DNA of 64,000 nt from an uncultured bacterium (GTDB taxonomy: Bacteria; Acidobacteriota; HRBIN11; JAKEFK01), in contig CAVZQN010000008.1 in assembly GCA_963777505.1 (NCBI GenBank), forward strand, positions 426,609 through 490,608, read 5' to 3'. Made by a program: the position numbers and the translations under genes. Shown here in pieces: positions 9,398 through 23,009 of this stretch (position 1 is its first letter; the number at the start of each line of letters is the position of its first letter). The notes below the pieces were generated by a model. It was not told the DNA's origin and did no database searches. It saw only the letters and a program-made list of their open reading frames with translations.

Positions 9398-10684
9398 TCA
9401 CTTCGCGTCGCCTGGATGCTCTTCGCCGATGCCAAGACCTTGACGATCGGCGACTGATGCGTCCTGCTTTTCATCCGCATCTTTGAAGGATCTTTCAACC
9501 GTGCCATGCAATCGTTCCTCCCAATGTCGCAGCGCTGCATGGCGCGTGGCGGGTAGAACTTCCAAGAGGTTGTTGATCAGAGCATTCATGCGCCGCATCA
9601 CCTGCACACTGCTGGCGCCGCAGTAGCGGACTTCGTCGAGGGCCAGGCGCAGAAAATCGTTCCAAGTCGGGAATGGCACGACCAGCCGGAGCGCGCCCTG
9701 GTCGTCGCGGTATTTGCCGATGTCGAGTTGGCGATGACCCAATCGGATCAGCAGGTCCTCGATCTGGTCGAGTGCTTGGACTGCGGTGGTGGGATCGTTG
9801 ATAGCGGGCGAGAGCGCCTTGATGGCGATGTCCACCACCAATCGGATGGCGTACTTGGGGTCCTGTTCGAACGTGCGTTCATCGCCGATCTCAAAGGCGC
9901 TTTTCAGCCGTTGTTCATCCAGCGGCTGGCGCGCGGCGTACACACGCACCAAAGGCGACATTTCCAGAATCGTGTCCCCCACCGCTGCCGTCACCTCGAT
10001 GATGGCGCCGGCTTCCTTGGCCAGGCTCAACAACTCCTCCACGCGCACCGCCTGTATGACCTGCGGCCGGCCGATGTGGGTCAGCGTTTGTATGGCCCGC
10101 AATGCATCAAGTTCCGCAGAGCCCGTCGTCGCCAAGTTCGGAACGGATTTCGTGGAGGGATACAGTTCCTCAATGGCCTTCCGTCCATGGTCGCCAGTGA
10201 AAATCAACATTCGGTTGACCTGTAACATCCCGAGCCGCTCGATCAGGGCGATAAACATTCCAATACTGGCCAAGAGCAACCCGAACACCAGCCAGGCACT
10301 GAGGAAAGGGACCTTGCCCGAAGCGCTCCGGTCCACCCACGCCAGCATCACGAGCGCATACAGAAACGTGGCGCTGAACACACCCAGGGAATGGGTCACG
10401 ACCGGGTCGCGCGCTACCCAAAGCACCAGCCGCGGCGAGTAGGCAGTGGCGCTGAATTGCACCATGACGAACGCCAGCGAAAACACAATGCCGGTCAGCG
10501 CAATCATGCCCGAGGAGATGGAGGAACAAATCGCCATCGCTGCCGAAGCGCTCATTGGGGACACCAGGTCCGGCAGAAAGTGATGTTCCAGGCGCGGAAA
10601 AAATATGCCTACGATCAACGTCACCAAGACATAGGCAAACGGAATGATCCAGCCCTTCAGTTGAAGTTTATGCGAAGATTTCAT
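9398..10684 (-). CDS. DUF2254-like integral membrane protein
   Basis: The N-terminus has several transmembrane segments and is followed by a soluble domain. The gene is the first in the GC-rich block. Confidence 0.5.
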   Translation of the reverse strand: MKSSHKLQLKGWIIPFAYVLVTLIVGIFFPRLEHHFLPDLVSPMSASAAMAICSSISSGMIALTGIVFSLAFVMVQFSATAYSPRLVLWVARDPVVTHSLGVFSATFLYALVMLAWVDRSASGKVPFLSAWLVFGLLLASIGMFIALIERLGMLQVNRMLIFTGDHGRKAIEELYPSTKSVPNLATTGSAELDALRAIQTLTHIGRPQVIQAVRVEELLSLAKEAGAIIEVTAAVGDTILEMSPLVRVYAARQPLDEQRLKSAFEIGDERTFEQDPKYAIRLVVDIAIKALSPAINDPTTAVQALDQIEDLLIRLGHRQLDIGKYRDDQGALRLVVPFPTWNDFLRLALDEVRYCGASSVQVMRRMNALINNLLEVLPATRHAALRHWEERLHGTVERSFKDADEKQDASVADRQGLGIGEEHPGDAK

Positions 10685-10799
10685 GGGCTTGCCTTTCGAT
10701 CAATTACCACAGTCCGCTCTCATCGCCAAACAAACCAGTCCCGACGGTTTGCAATAGAATATGCGTAATGCGCACGGCTGTTCAAGTCTTGGTTTCATA

Positions 10800-14450
<3,651 letters not shown>

Positions 14451-14454
<4 letters not shown>

Positions 14455-15257
14455 CGGCCGATACCGCCAGTGGATACTCCGTCAGGTGCGTGATGTCGGC
14501 GTTGCCCAGGAACTCCCGGTAGAACGCGGTCGCGGGCTGGCCATCGATGGCCCGCACCACGTGGCCAGTCGACATCCGTGACCCGCCCCTCGCGCCCGAT
14601 GGGACGCCATCCTGTATCGACACCAAAGGAGAAGACGACACCCTCCCCGAAGAGGAGGAACGGCACGGAATCCTGGAGCACTTCCGTGCCGTGGAACTGC
14701 CTGGTGCCCTTGAATCGCCACTGGTCGCCGGCGGTGCCGCCGAAGATCGGGACCGCATCGCCCAACTCCGCCCGCAGCGCATTGAGGGCAGCGGACCCGC
14801 TCACGGTCAGGCCGTCGGGCATGGTGATGCAGAGGCGCGGCGCTCCGCCATTGCCTCGACGATCTCCACCGCCGCTTCCGGCCAGACGCTGGACCGCATC
14901 GTTCGCACTGGCGCGAATCGACCCCGCCACATCGGTCGAGACCGACCTGGCCACACCCGACACCGCGTGAAAGTCATCGCCCGAAAGCAAGACCAGAGCG
15001 AGCGAATCTTCCGCAAAGAGGATGTGCGATGACATCTCACCGTCGGTCGTGCAACCGATGAGCGCGATCCCCGGCCACTGGGCGTTGATCTGCTCCAGCA
15101 CAATCGCAAAGTCGTGATCGATCCCGGCAAACAGCATCGCCACGCGGGGCAAGGACGCTCCCAGCGCGACCTTCGCGCCAGCAATCAGTTCCGCCACCGC
15201 GTCGACCGAATCGACGTCCTGACTGTGGACTACACATGCTCGCATAAGTGACTCCAT
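14451..15257 (-). CDS. N-terminal fragment of the same sensor kinase: FIST_N domain. It is joined to the 12907..14454 frame through a short third-frame segment (inside ORF 14285..14782) by two further indels.
   Basis: The FIST_N motif is MRACVVHSQDVDSVDAVAELIAGAKVAL..PRVAMLFAGIDHDFAIVLEQINAQWPGIALIGCTTDGE. The FIST-like continuation HVVRAIDGQPATAFYREFLGNADITHLTEYPLAVSADDGRGYYLRAP sits in the third frame. Confidence 0.7.
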
Positions 15258-15262
15258 TTTAT

Positions 15263-15298
15263 TGTTTCTGTGAAAATATTTTTGTTTCTGTGAAAAAC
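15263..15298. promoter_or_regulatory. direct repeat TTGTTTCTGTGAAAA x2 (15263-15277 and 15284-15298) upstream of the FIST kinase gene
   Basis: The repeat is exact, with 21 bp between starts, and lies in the upstream region of the minus-strand kinase start at 15257. Confidence 0.3.
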
Positions 15299-15461
15299 GA
15301 TGAGCGTGTTTCGCGCATCCCCTTTTTCATGGCGGCACGTGTCCGCTGCGTCGAGGCACGGACTCCGTAGGGTTAAAGCCGGTTTCTTTTCAGTCGTTTT
15401 CTTGTTCATGGTTTTGTTCCTTTTAGGCGATTCTTGCCCATCGAATCATTCAGGAAGTCCT

Positions 15462-17249
15462 TCATTTACTATAATCCAAATCCTCCGTAGTTGTCTGCGG
15501 CGTTTGCCCGGTCTCCTCGCGAAAAGCTGCGATCGCATGGCGGTTGGTCGGGAACAGCCGGTTCTCTCCAATCAACTTCAATAGATGATAATTCGCCAGC
15601 AGATCCCGGATCAACGGATTTGCACGGCTCACGGCAACGGTCACTCCGCGTTTGGTCAGACTCGTCACAACCTGGCGCAGGGTTTCCTCGCCCGAGGTGT
15701 CGATATCGTTCATCGCTCCCGCATCCAGCACGAACCATTTGACGGGAGCGGCGGCTTGCGCGACCAGTTTCTCCACCTCTTCTTCAAAAGTACCGGAATT
15801 GGCAAAATAGAGCGATGCGCCAAAGCGATAAATGACCAATCCGGAAGCGTTCGGAGCATGGTCTGTTCCCTCAGGGACAAAGTAACTGCCGTCCGAGGCT
15901 GCCTGTAGTACCCAGGTGCCAGGCCGAGCCGCCCGCCGGAGCAGATCGATCGTGGCCAGCAGAAAGGCAATGATGACAGCCTGTAATGGCCCAAAAACCA
16001 GGACACTGATCAGGCATACGGCGGCAACCCAGAATTCGGACCTACGCAGCTTCCAAAATTCCCGTAGCTCTTTGACTTCAATCAGATTCAACACGGCACT
16101 GGCAACAACCCCGGCCAGTGCTGCGGTGGGCAGGGATGCCAGTTGACCTGTGAAGAAAACCATGACCAGGGCGACTGTCGCTGCCGCCAGCAGGCTTGAG
16201 AGTTGCGTGCGGGACCCTGCGGCGTCCATGGCCGCAGTGCGCGAGGCGCTGGGACCCGAGATCAACGAACCGGTGAACCCGCTGGCCACGCTGGACATGC
16301 CGTAGGCAAAGAGCACCTGGTTGCCATCCGCCTTGGTATTATGCTTTCGGTTGCAACTGCGGACCAGCAGCAAGGCCTCGCACAAAGTGATGCCGACCAC
16401 CGCCAGGGCTCCGGGCAGCAAGCGGAAATAGTCGGCTATCGGCACCGTGGGCAACGTCAGGGATGGTAACCCCGACGGCATCTCCCCAAGCACTTTGACC
16501 CCATGTCGATCCAGGCCGAACACGGCGACGATGACCGTCATCAGGATCAATGCGATCAGTGCCGCTGGAACTTTGGGCGCGTATCGCTTCATCACGCGCA
16601 CGATCACAAATGTGCCCAGCCCGATCGCGACCGAGTAGAGATTCGCATGAGGTATCGACGCAAACAGCGCGGCGAGCTCGACAAAATAACCGGTGGTGTG
16701 GCCGGAGGTTGCAATTGCTCCATGAAGTTGTTCCAACTGCGCTTCCAATCCGGATCCTGCGACGTGAGTGGCCCCGAGTATCCTTCTCAACTGGTTGGTC
16801 AATACCTCAATCCCCAGGCCGGTGATAAAGCCGGCCAGTACAGCGCGGGAGAGAAAATTGGCGAGAAACGCCAACCGGAAAAACCAGAACACGAAGAAAA
16901 GCACACCGCACAGCATCGCAACGGCCAGGGCATATTGCATACGCAGCGGATCTCCTATCGGGGCAAAGCCGAGCAGCAATGCACCGAGGATCGCGGAAAT
17001 AGGGGCATCCGGGCTCCCCACAACATGGGGCGAGCTGGTGAAGAGGGCAAATATCACCAATGGAATGATGCCCGCATAGAGACCGAACACAGGAGGCAGC
17101 CCTGCCACCTCCGCATATCCGATATTGAGGGGGATAATCAGGGCCGCGAGGGTAATACCGGCTGAGATCTCGCGAGGTAGATCTGTCCAGGACATTCCTC
17201 GCAAACCTGAAAGCACTGTGGGCCATCGAATTCTCTCTGGCTTATGCAT
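15462..17249 (-). CDS. SulP family anion transporter with a C-terminal STAS domain
   Basis: The protein has about 11 transmembrane segments followed by a STAS-like C-terminus (..LVIYRFGASLYFANSGTFEEEV..). Confidence 0.8.
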   Translation of the reverse strand: MHKPERIRWPTVLSGLRGMSWTDLPREISAGITLAALIIPLNIGYAEVAGLPPVFGLYAGIIPLVIFALFTSSPHVVGSPDAPISAILGALLLGFAPIGDPLRMQYALAVAMLCGVLFFVFWFFRLAFLANFLSRAVLAGFITGLGIEVLTNQLRRILGATHVAGSGLEAQLEQLHGAIATSGHTTGYFVELAALFASIPHANLYSVAIGLGTFVIVRVMKRYAPKVPAALIALILMTVIVAVFGLDRHGVKVLGEMPSGLPSLTLPTVPIADYFRLLPGALAVVGITLCEALLLVRSCNRKHNTKADGNQVLFAYGMSSVASGFTGSLISGPSASRTAAMDAAGSRTQLSSLLAAATVALVMVFFTGQLASLPTAALAGVVASAVLNLIEVKELREFWKLRRSEFWVAAVCLISVLVFGPLQAVIIAFLLATIDLLRRAARPGTWVLQAASDGSYFVPEGTDHAPNASGLVIYRFGASLYFANSGTFEEEVEKLVAQAAAPVKWFVLDAGAMNDIDTSGEETLRQVVTSLTKRGVTVAVSRANPLIRDLLANYHLLKLIGENRLFPTNRHAIAAFREETGQTPQTTTEDLDYSK

Positions 17250-17314
17250 ATATCATCCTTAAAGATTATTGCTCTTTCATCGGTTGTTTTGACAATTCTA
17301 GTCCGTCGAGCCCC

Positions 17315-17623
17315 TCAAGAGAGTGCCACCATGATTTTTTCGTCCACGATCTTCACCGGATAACTAGCCACGCCGTAATCAGGAACGTGAATCGTGTTCC
17401 CAGTGGTTACGTCGTATCGCCAGCCGTGAGCCCGACAGGTCACGACTTTTCCCTCCAACTTGCTTGATCCCAAAGATTGTCCTTGATGGAGACAGGCATT
17501 TGCCATCGCGTAGATCGTTCCATCCACGTTGAAGAGGGCAACCTCTTTGCCTGCGACTGTCACACAAGTGCCCGTTCCAGGCGGGAGTTCGTCCAAGCGC
17601 GCTGCCTCAATGTATTCAGCCAT
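17315..17623 (-). CDS. Rieske [2Fe-2S] domain protein (NirD / ferredoxin-like)
   Basis: The cluster ligands are CLHQG...CRAHGW. Confidence 0.8.
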   Translation of the reverse strand: MAEYIEAARLDELPPGTGTCVTVAGKEVALFNVDGTIYAMANACLHQGQSLGSSKLEGKVVTCRAHGWRYDVTTGNTIHVPDYGVASYPVKIVDEKIMVALS

Positions 17624-17635
17624 GGGTTATTTACT

Positions 17636-18499
17636 TTACAGCTCCACCGCAAGAGGTTGCCGCCGCCTGCTCCACAAGGGGTAGACGATCGTAACAACGA
17701 TGTTGACCAACAGAAATAAGAGAGCAGCCGGTATCGCGAGTTTCTCCCCCGGAAAGTTGGCCTGGACGATTAGAATCGCCAGTCCCGGGTGACGCGAAGC
17801 CATCGAAAAAGCCAGCGCCGTTCGATTCGCCGGCGTCGGTCCGCCAAGGAGGTGTCCGATCACCAGACCGGCAAGCACAAATGCTATGATTGCAAGAACG
17901 GCCCCATTTCCTACGAACGTCCACATTGCTGGCGCGGCCAAGAACATCAGGGAGCCAAGGCACACCAATACCCCCACACCTGCGATCCTTGAAATCGGTG
18001 CTGCCAGGCGTTGGGAAAGGGCATGCGAATACCTGCGCACTGCGACACCGAGGCCCAGGGGTAGCAGAACCACCAGGAACACAAAGGCGGCAATGGAAAT
18101 GACCCTCATTTGTAGCGGCACACTGTAGACCCGCTCGATTGTCTCCATGGCGAGTGGCACGAAAATGATGGCCAATAGGCTGCCCATGATGAGAACGCTG
18201 ATCGCGTACGCGAGTGAAGCTTCTGTCTTGGCCGTTTGCAACGGGAGCAGAGTAGGAACTGGCGCGACGGACAAAGCCACCAGTGCCAGCTTCACCGCCG
18301 GGTTAAGATCAAAGATCAATACGAGGAAGGCCACGAAAAGCGGCATCAAAACACTCATGGCGAGCAGCGCACGAACGAGTTCGCCCGGGTGGCGAAACAA
18401 ATAGGTCGCGTCCCGCACACTGGCCCGGAGTCCGATCGCGAAGACGACGAAAAACAGGCTTATGTTAAGCGCAATTGGGAGCAGCTTCGCTAGGGTCAT
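17636..18499 (-). CDS. bile acid:sodium symporter (BASS) family transporter
   Basis: The protein is polytopic and about 290 aa long, with SBF-like topology. It overlaps the upstream gene's stop by 4 nt. Confidence 0.5.
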   Translation of the reverse strand: MTLAKLLPIALNISLFFVVFAIGLRASVRDATYLFRHPGELVRALLAMSVLMPLFVAFLVLIFDLNPAVKLALVALSVAPVPTLLPLQTAKTEASLAYAISVLIMGSLLAIIFVPLAMETIERVYSVPLQMRVISIAAFVFLVVLLPLGLGVAVRRYSHALSQRLAAPISRIAGVGVLVCLGSLMFLAAPAMWTFVGNGAVLAIIAFVLAGLVIGHLLGGPTPANRTALAFSMASRHPGLAILIVQANFPGEKLAIPAALLFLLVNIVVTIVYPLWSRRRQPLAVEL

Positions 18500-19245
18500 G
18501 ACCTATGCGAAAGACGTTCTAGTTCATCGGCAAGAATTGGGACGCCGAGATTACTCGCCTGCATACCCTGGGCGACACAGATTTTGAGTACTTCCATGAT
18601 CTCCTCCATCGTTGCGCCGAGTTTCAGTGCCGACTGGATATGCCGGCGTGTCCCGGGCGCATACATATGAGTGATCGAAGCATCGACGGCGATACTTAGT
18701 AGCTCCGCCAGCTTGGGCGTGAATATGCCGCTCGTGTAAACCGGCAGGCTCGCGGCGATTATCGCTTCCGTCCACGCCGGATCCAGCTCAAAGAACGCGT
18801 CCCAAGCCGTATTCCACTGACCCGCGGCTTTCATCTTGTCGCAAACTGGCGTCGCCGCCGGTTCCTTCGGCCTCGGCTTCACCCCCGCTGCTTTCGCTTC
18901 TTCCAACAGAATGGGCGCGCCCAGGCTTGCTGTATGGATCGACAGCAGAGACGCGATCTTGAGGATCATCAGGATCTCATCACGGCTCGCACCGGCTTCG
19001 AGTGCGCCACGAATGTGGCGTCGGGTTCCCTCGGCACTCAAGTTCGTACAAGCAGCATTCACAGCAAGACTGATTAGCTCAATATCTTTGCGCGGCAATA
19101 CGCCGCTGGCCCACGGGTTGTTGGACATCTTGAGGCATTGGTCGACAAAGACCGGGTCCCATTCGCGAAACTTGGTTAGCGCAGGGCTGTCCCAGGGGCC
19201 GGCTTCCGGTGCCAAAGGGGAACTCTTTTGGTTTTTCGAATTCAT
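18496..19245 (-). CDS. carboxymuconolactone decarboxylase family protein (two AhpD-like domains)
   Basis: Two AhpD-like halves are repeated: ..LISLAVNAACTNLSAEGTRRHIRGALEAGASRDEI.. and ..LLSIAVDASITHMYAPGTRRHIQSALKLGATMEEI.. Confidence 0.75.
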   Translation of the reverse strand: MNSKNQKSSPLAPEAGPWDSPALTKFREWDPVFVDQCLKMSNNPWASGVLPRKDIELISLAVNAACTNLSAEGTRRHIRGALEAGASRDEILMILKIASLLSIHTASLGAPILLEEAKAAGVKPRPKEPAATPVCDKMKAAGQWNTAWDAFFELDPAWTEAIIAASLPVYTSGIFTPKLAELLSIAVDASITHMYAPGTRRHIQSALKLGATMEEIMEVLKICVAQGMQASNLGVPILADELERLSHRS

Positions 19246-19305
19246 ATCTCTCCTTCACCGACCGAGTCCCGCCTCGAACAGAAGGAGGACCGGATTAGCG
19301 ATTGA

Positions 19306-20448
19306 TTACTTTTTTGGCTGGGCCGGGGGCGGCACCATGCAGTAGGCCATGGGATGCGAATCGGATATCTGATGCGCGACTCCCTTCTTTCCGTCGGTTT
19401 CCCAAACCATGAAGCCCTTACCATCTGCTCCGCGATTGGGCGACATACCGAGGTTCTTTAGCGTCTCGTCTACGCTATTGTATATGACCCCGATTTTCAT
19501 GATGTCGCGCGCTTCCTCCGCGGTCGCAACCTTGCGGCCGAATCGCTCGCAGAGGTCCACTGCCGCCTTGATCTGATCCACCGAAGTCATACGCTGTCGT
19601 TTGCTGTTCCAGAGATTGTCCTCGATGCCGACTCGAACATGCTGACCCATGATGATCGCCATCGGCTGGGCGACCGCGTTGACCCGCATCCCCGCCCAGA
19701 ATGTGACAACTGCACCCTGCGGTTCGCGCTGGAGCCAGTGCATCCAATCGAACGGATTGTGACCGCACCCTCCGCCGCCATACATGGTGATGTTGGTGTT
19801 CAGTGGGCCCATGTATGCGCCGTGGCGGATCAGCCGCTCCACAATCTCGAGCTGGTGAACATGCGCCAGAGTAAAGTAGGGCTGTATACCATGCTGTTTC
19901 AGGCGCTTCAGGTGCTCCAGGTAGAAAGCCGGACCGGCATCGGTATACATGCCCGCGTAAGCCGCTATGACCTTCGGATCCTCGAGATGCGTCCCCTTCA
20001 CATCATCCGCGGTCCACATCTGCGTGATGTCGAACATGGAGGTGCCAATGGCCACCGTGACGGTCTCCGGCGTTGGTTTCAGTTCAGCGAGCATGTGACG
20101 CGTATCGTAGTCCAGCCACTTCGCCTTATCGCCGTCGCTCTTGGGCGAGAATGCGATCGAGCCGCCGACCTGCATGATCATTTTGGGCACGGCTTTCTTG
20201 AGGAGTTCGAGCATGTGATTGTAGTGCTCGATATCCGCCGAGAGGTGCCCGGTCGCAGGGTTGCGCACGTGGAGGTGCAATACCCGGGCGCCAGCGTTAT
20301 AACAATCCACCGCCGACTGGACCTGCTCGTCCCAGGTGACAGGGATATCAGGCGCGTCGCCCGGCAGCCACGTAGGCCCGTACGGCGCTGCAGTGATGAT
20401 AAGCGGTGTCATGTTTTCGGGGTAGAGTGAATCATCTGTGTAGTGCAA
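19306..20448 (-). CDS. 3-keto-5-aminohexanoate cleavage enzyme family (BKACE, DUF849) protein
   Basis: The motifs ..PLIITAAPYGP..ARVLHLHVRNPATG.. are typical of DUF849 beta-keto acid cleavage enzymes. Confidence 0.7.
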   Translation of the reverse strand: MHYTDDSLYPENMTPLIITAAPYGPTWLPGDAPDIPVTWDEQVQSAVDCYNAGARVLHLHVRNPATGHLSADIEHYNHMLELLKKAVPKMIMQVGGSIAFSPKSDGDKAKWLDYDTRHMLAELKPTPETVTVAIGTSMFDITQMWTADDVKGTHLEDPKVIAAYAGMYTDAGPAFYLEHLKRLKQHGIQPYFTLAHVHQLEIVERLIRHGAYMGPLNTNITMYGGGGCGHNPFDWMHWLQREPQGAVVTFWAGMRVNAVAQPMAIIMGQHVRVGIEDNLWNSKRQRMTSVDQIKAAVDLCERFGRKVATAEEARDIMKIGVIYNSVDETLKNLGMSPNRGADGKGFMVWETDGKKGVAHQISDSHPMAYCMVPPPAQPKK

Positions 20449-20511
20449 GGTAATTCTCCTTTCGAGTGTTGTGACTTGGTTCGTATTTCCGTTGAAGTTA
20501 TGATTTTTTAT

Positions 20512-20901
20512 CTATTCGGGTTCTGGCATCGGAAATGCCATTGGATCGGCCTCCCAGATTGCGAAAAAATTTCCGTCCGGATCGGCCACCACTGCGTACC
20601 ACGCCGTTTTCGGGACCGCTGTTTTCGGTCGCACAACTGAACCACCAAGTGCAGTCAATTGCTCGACAGTCTTGTCAAGCGATTCCACGTGGACGTAATG
20701 CATCCAACTTCGAGGCTCGGGAATGGGCCGGAAAAGCAAACCGCCATTGCTTCTATTCGAGTCAGCAGGAGTGGTTTGAATGCGCCAATAATCCAAACCC
20801 GGCACCTTCTCAATTTTCCAGCCAAGAAGCGCGCGGTAAAACTCGGCGAGCTTTACAGGCTCTTCGGCATAGATCTCAAAGTGAGTGACTGAATTCGTCA
20901 T
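20512..20901 (-). CDS. VOC (glyoxalase/bleomycin resistance) family protein
   Basis: VTHFEIYAEEP..AEFYRALLGWK...DPDGNFFAIWE. Confidence 0.7.
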   Translation of the reverse strand: MTNSVTHFEIYAEEPVKLAEFYRALLGWKIEKVPGLDYWRIQTTPADSNRSNGGLLFRPIPEPRSWMHYVHVESLDKTVEQLTALGGSVVRPKTAVPKTAWYAVVADPDGNFFAIWEADPMAFPMPEPE

Positions 20902-21125
20902 TTATTGCTCCGACTGCATGCCGTTAAGAAATTCCACAGTGGCCGATGCGGGTTTCGACTTTATCGGGGTTGTGATTTCATGTGTGCTATCGATACTGGC
21001 CCTATCAGTAAGGGTTCACCGATAGATCGAGATTATATTAAGAGGTAGCAGCGCAAGTATATGGGACTTTAGTCCAATAGAGATGGTGCATCCGTATCCA
21101 AATTCATTTTTAAAACGAACACACG

Positions 21126-22586
21126 TTAATTCTTTTCGAGTTGTTGCTTGGCTTTTTCGCGTTCGAGATTCTCTTCTACAACAAGTTTATAAGCAATGTA
21201 GTATTTGTAAATATTGCTTACGTAGGTAACAGTTTCCTGTCCAATTTTTTCTGCCGCGATCAGTTCAACATTATTGAACCAGACATTTGGATCAAGCCCT
21301 CTCTTCTTGGCTTCTGCCCTGAGCGTGCGCATTCTACCGGGGCCTGCGTTGTACGAAGCAAACGTGAAAAGCATTTTGTTCAATTGATCCATCGGTTCGT
21401 TTTTGTAATAATGATCGATCATGAACCGCATGTATTTGATGCCTGCGTGAACGTTCGCTTCTGATTGACTAATGTCTCCGACATTCATTTCTTTTCCCGT
21501 AGCCGGCATCAGTTGCATTACACCGACTGCACCAACCTGACTCTTCACACCCTGGTCCAATCGCGATTCCTGATAGCCTTGAGCTGCCATAAGAATCCAA
21601 TCTACCGCATATTGTTGACCATATTTCTCGAAAACTTGCCTTAACTGTCTGTACTTTTTTAGTTCCTCTTCGGAGGCAGCATTCTTCACGAACTTTGTGC
21701 TCTTTAGGTATTTTTGCAAAACAATATTTCCAAATGTAGTTCCCGCACCGTGGGTCTTAATAAACGCATTCAGCTCTGCCTTTAATTGCGGCGTATTCTT
21801 GCGAACAGCCCAGGCGAAATCTGCCCCTGTGCGTAGTGTTACATCGGGATGCAATGTGATATTCGGAAAAACTTGTTTCCAAAAATCGGCGGTGATCTTA
21901 TCGACAACGACAATTTTTACGAGACCGGCATTTGTCATTTCAAGTAAGTCTTCGTCTTCAAAATTACCAGGGGCAAAGCGAAAAATGAGTTCTTTCTTTC
22001 CATCCTTCTTCAACTGCCCGTTTAGTTTAACCAGACTTTCATATTTTGCTCCGCCTTTTCTGACAAAAACTACCTGGCCGGAAAGGTCCTGAACTGTTGT
22101 AATTTTTGGCGCACCTGGTCCGGTCACAACAATCTCGCTGGAATTTTTATAAACGGGGTCGGTAAAGTCAACGAACTTTTGCGATTCTGGAGTTATGGTA
22201 AAACCTCCAATAGCAACATCGCCATTTCCTTCCACCATGCGCGCTCGAATCTCATCGCGTGATACCGGGATAAATACCACATTTACGCGTAGCTTTCCAA
22301 GATTCATCTTTTTGTTCAATACAGTTTCAAACTCTTTCATCGCATCGTACGCGACGCCACGTTGTGTACCATTGTCCACGAAGTATGTCGTCTTGTTATA
22401 AATGACCAGGACACGAATGATTCTTCTCTCAATCATCCCATCTAAGTCCCCAGTCCATTTTTTGTAAGTGAGATTCATATCCATGGTAGGCGTTTGCTGC
22501 TTCTCTTGCGCGACTAAAATTGCGCAAATCATGAACATCAAGACGAAAGTCACAATTACTTTGAATCTGCTAAACGGAAAGCGCAT
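21126..22586 (-). CDS. mltF: membrane-bound lytic murein transglycosylase F (periplasmic solute-binding domain plus SLT domain)
   Basis: The N-terminus is an SBP_bac_3-like domain. The SLT domain carries the motifs GYQESRLDQGVKSQVGAVGVMQLMP and FASYNAGPGR. Confidence 0.85.
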   Translation of the reverse strand: MRFPFSRFKVIVTFVLMFMICAILVAQEKQQTPTMDMNLTYKKWTGDLDGMIERRIIRVLVIYNKTTYFVDNGTQRGVAYDAMKEFETVLNKKMNLGKLRVNVVFIPVSRDEIRARMVEGNGDVAIGGFTITPESQKFVDFTDPVYKNSSEIVVTGPGAPKITTVQDLSGQVVFVRKGGAKYESLVKLNGQLKKDGKKELIFRFAPGNFEDEDLLEMTNAGLVKIVVVDKITADFWKQVFPNITLHPDVTLRTGADFAWAVRKNTPQLKAELNAFIKTHGAGTTFGNIVLQKYLKSTKFVKNAASEEELKKYRQLRQVFEKYGQQYAVDWILMAAQGYQESRLDQGVKSQVGAVGVMQLMPATGKEMNVGDISQSEANVHAGIKYMRFMIDHYYKNEPMDQLNKMLFTFASYNAGPGRMRTLRAEAKKRGLDPNVWFNNVELIAAEKIGQETVTYVSNIYKYYIAYKLVVEENLEREKAKQQLEKN

Positions 22587-22914
22587 TGTTTACCTCACAG
22601 GGAATCGGAATGACAAGGATGAGTAAGATAATGTCATACATCTGACCGCGCCTCAACCCCGAGTTGTTGCCTTCAAATCAGAACAAAGTTGAAAGCGGAT
22701 TAGTGTTCTTAATTCATGTTACGCTAGCAAACCTAGAGGCGAAAAGGATTGAGACGTACCTACTAAAAATCTAGTGGTCCGATTAATACTACAACGATTA
22801 TGATGGCTGGAGAGCTGTTGCCAGAGTGGGGACAAAGGACATACGCACATTTCCAACCAGACTTCAACTTCGTGATGTGATCTCCATTCGCTGCTTCAGC
22901 GCCGAGTCTCAGGT

Positions 22915-23005
22915 CAAAAGTACGAACAACGAAAACGATTTACGAACTACGAATGAGCTCTAGTTCATAGTCCGTTTTTCGATTGTTCGTTATTCGTACT
23001 TATTT
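22915..23005. repeat. imperfect about 90 bp palindromic element of the TACGAA repeat family (AAGTACGAACAACGAAAACG...CGTTTTTCGATTGTTCGTTATTCGTACTT)
   Basis: The element has inverted-repeat arms and shares the blocks ACGATTTACGAA.TACGAATGAGCTC and CGATTGTTCGTTA with the copies at 7148 and 31414. Confidence 0.55.
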
Positions 23006-23009
23006 ATGA

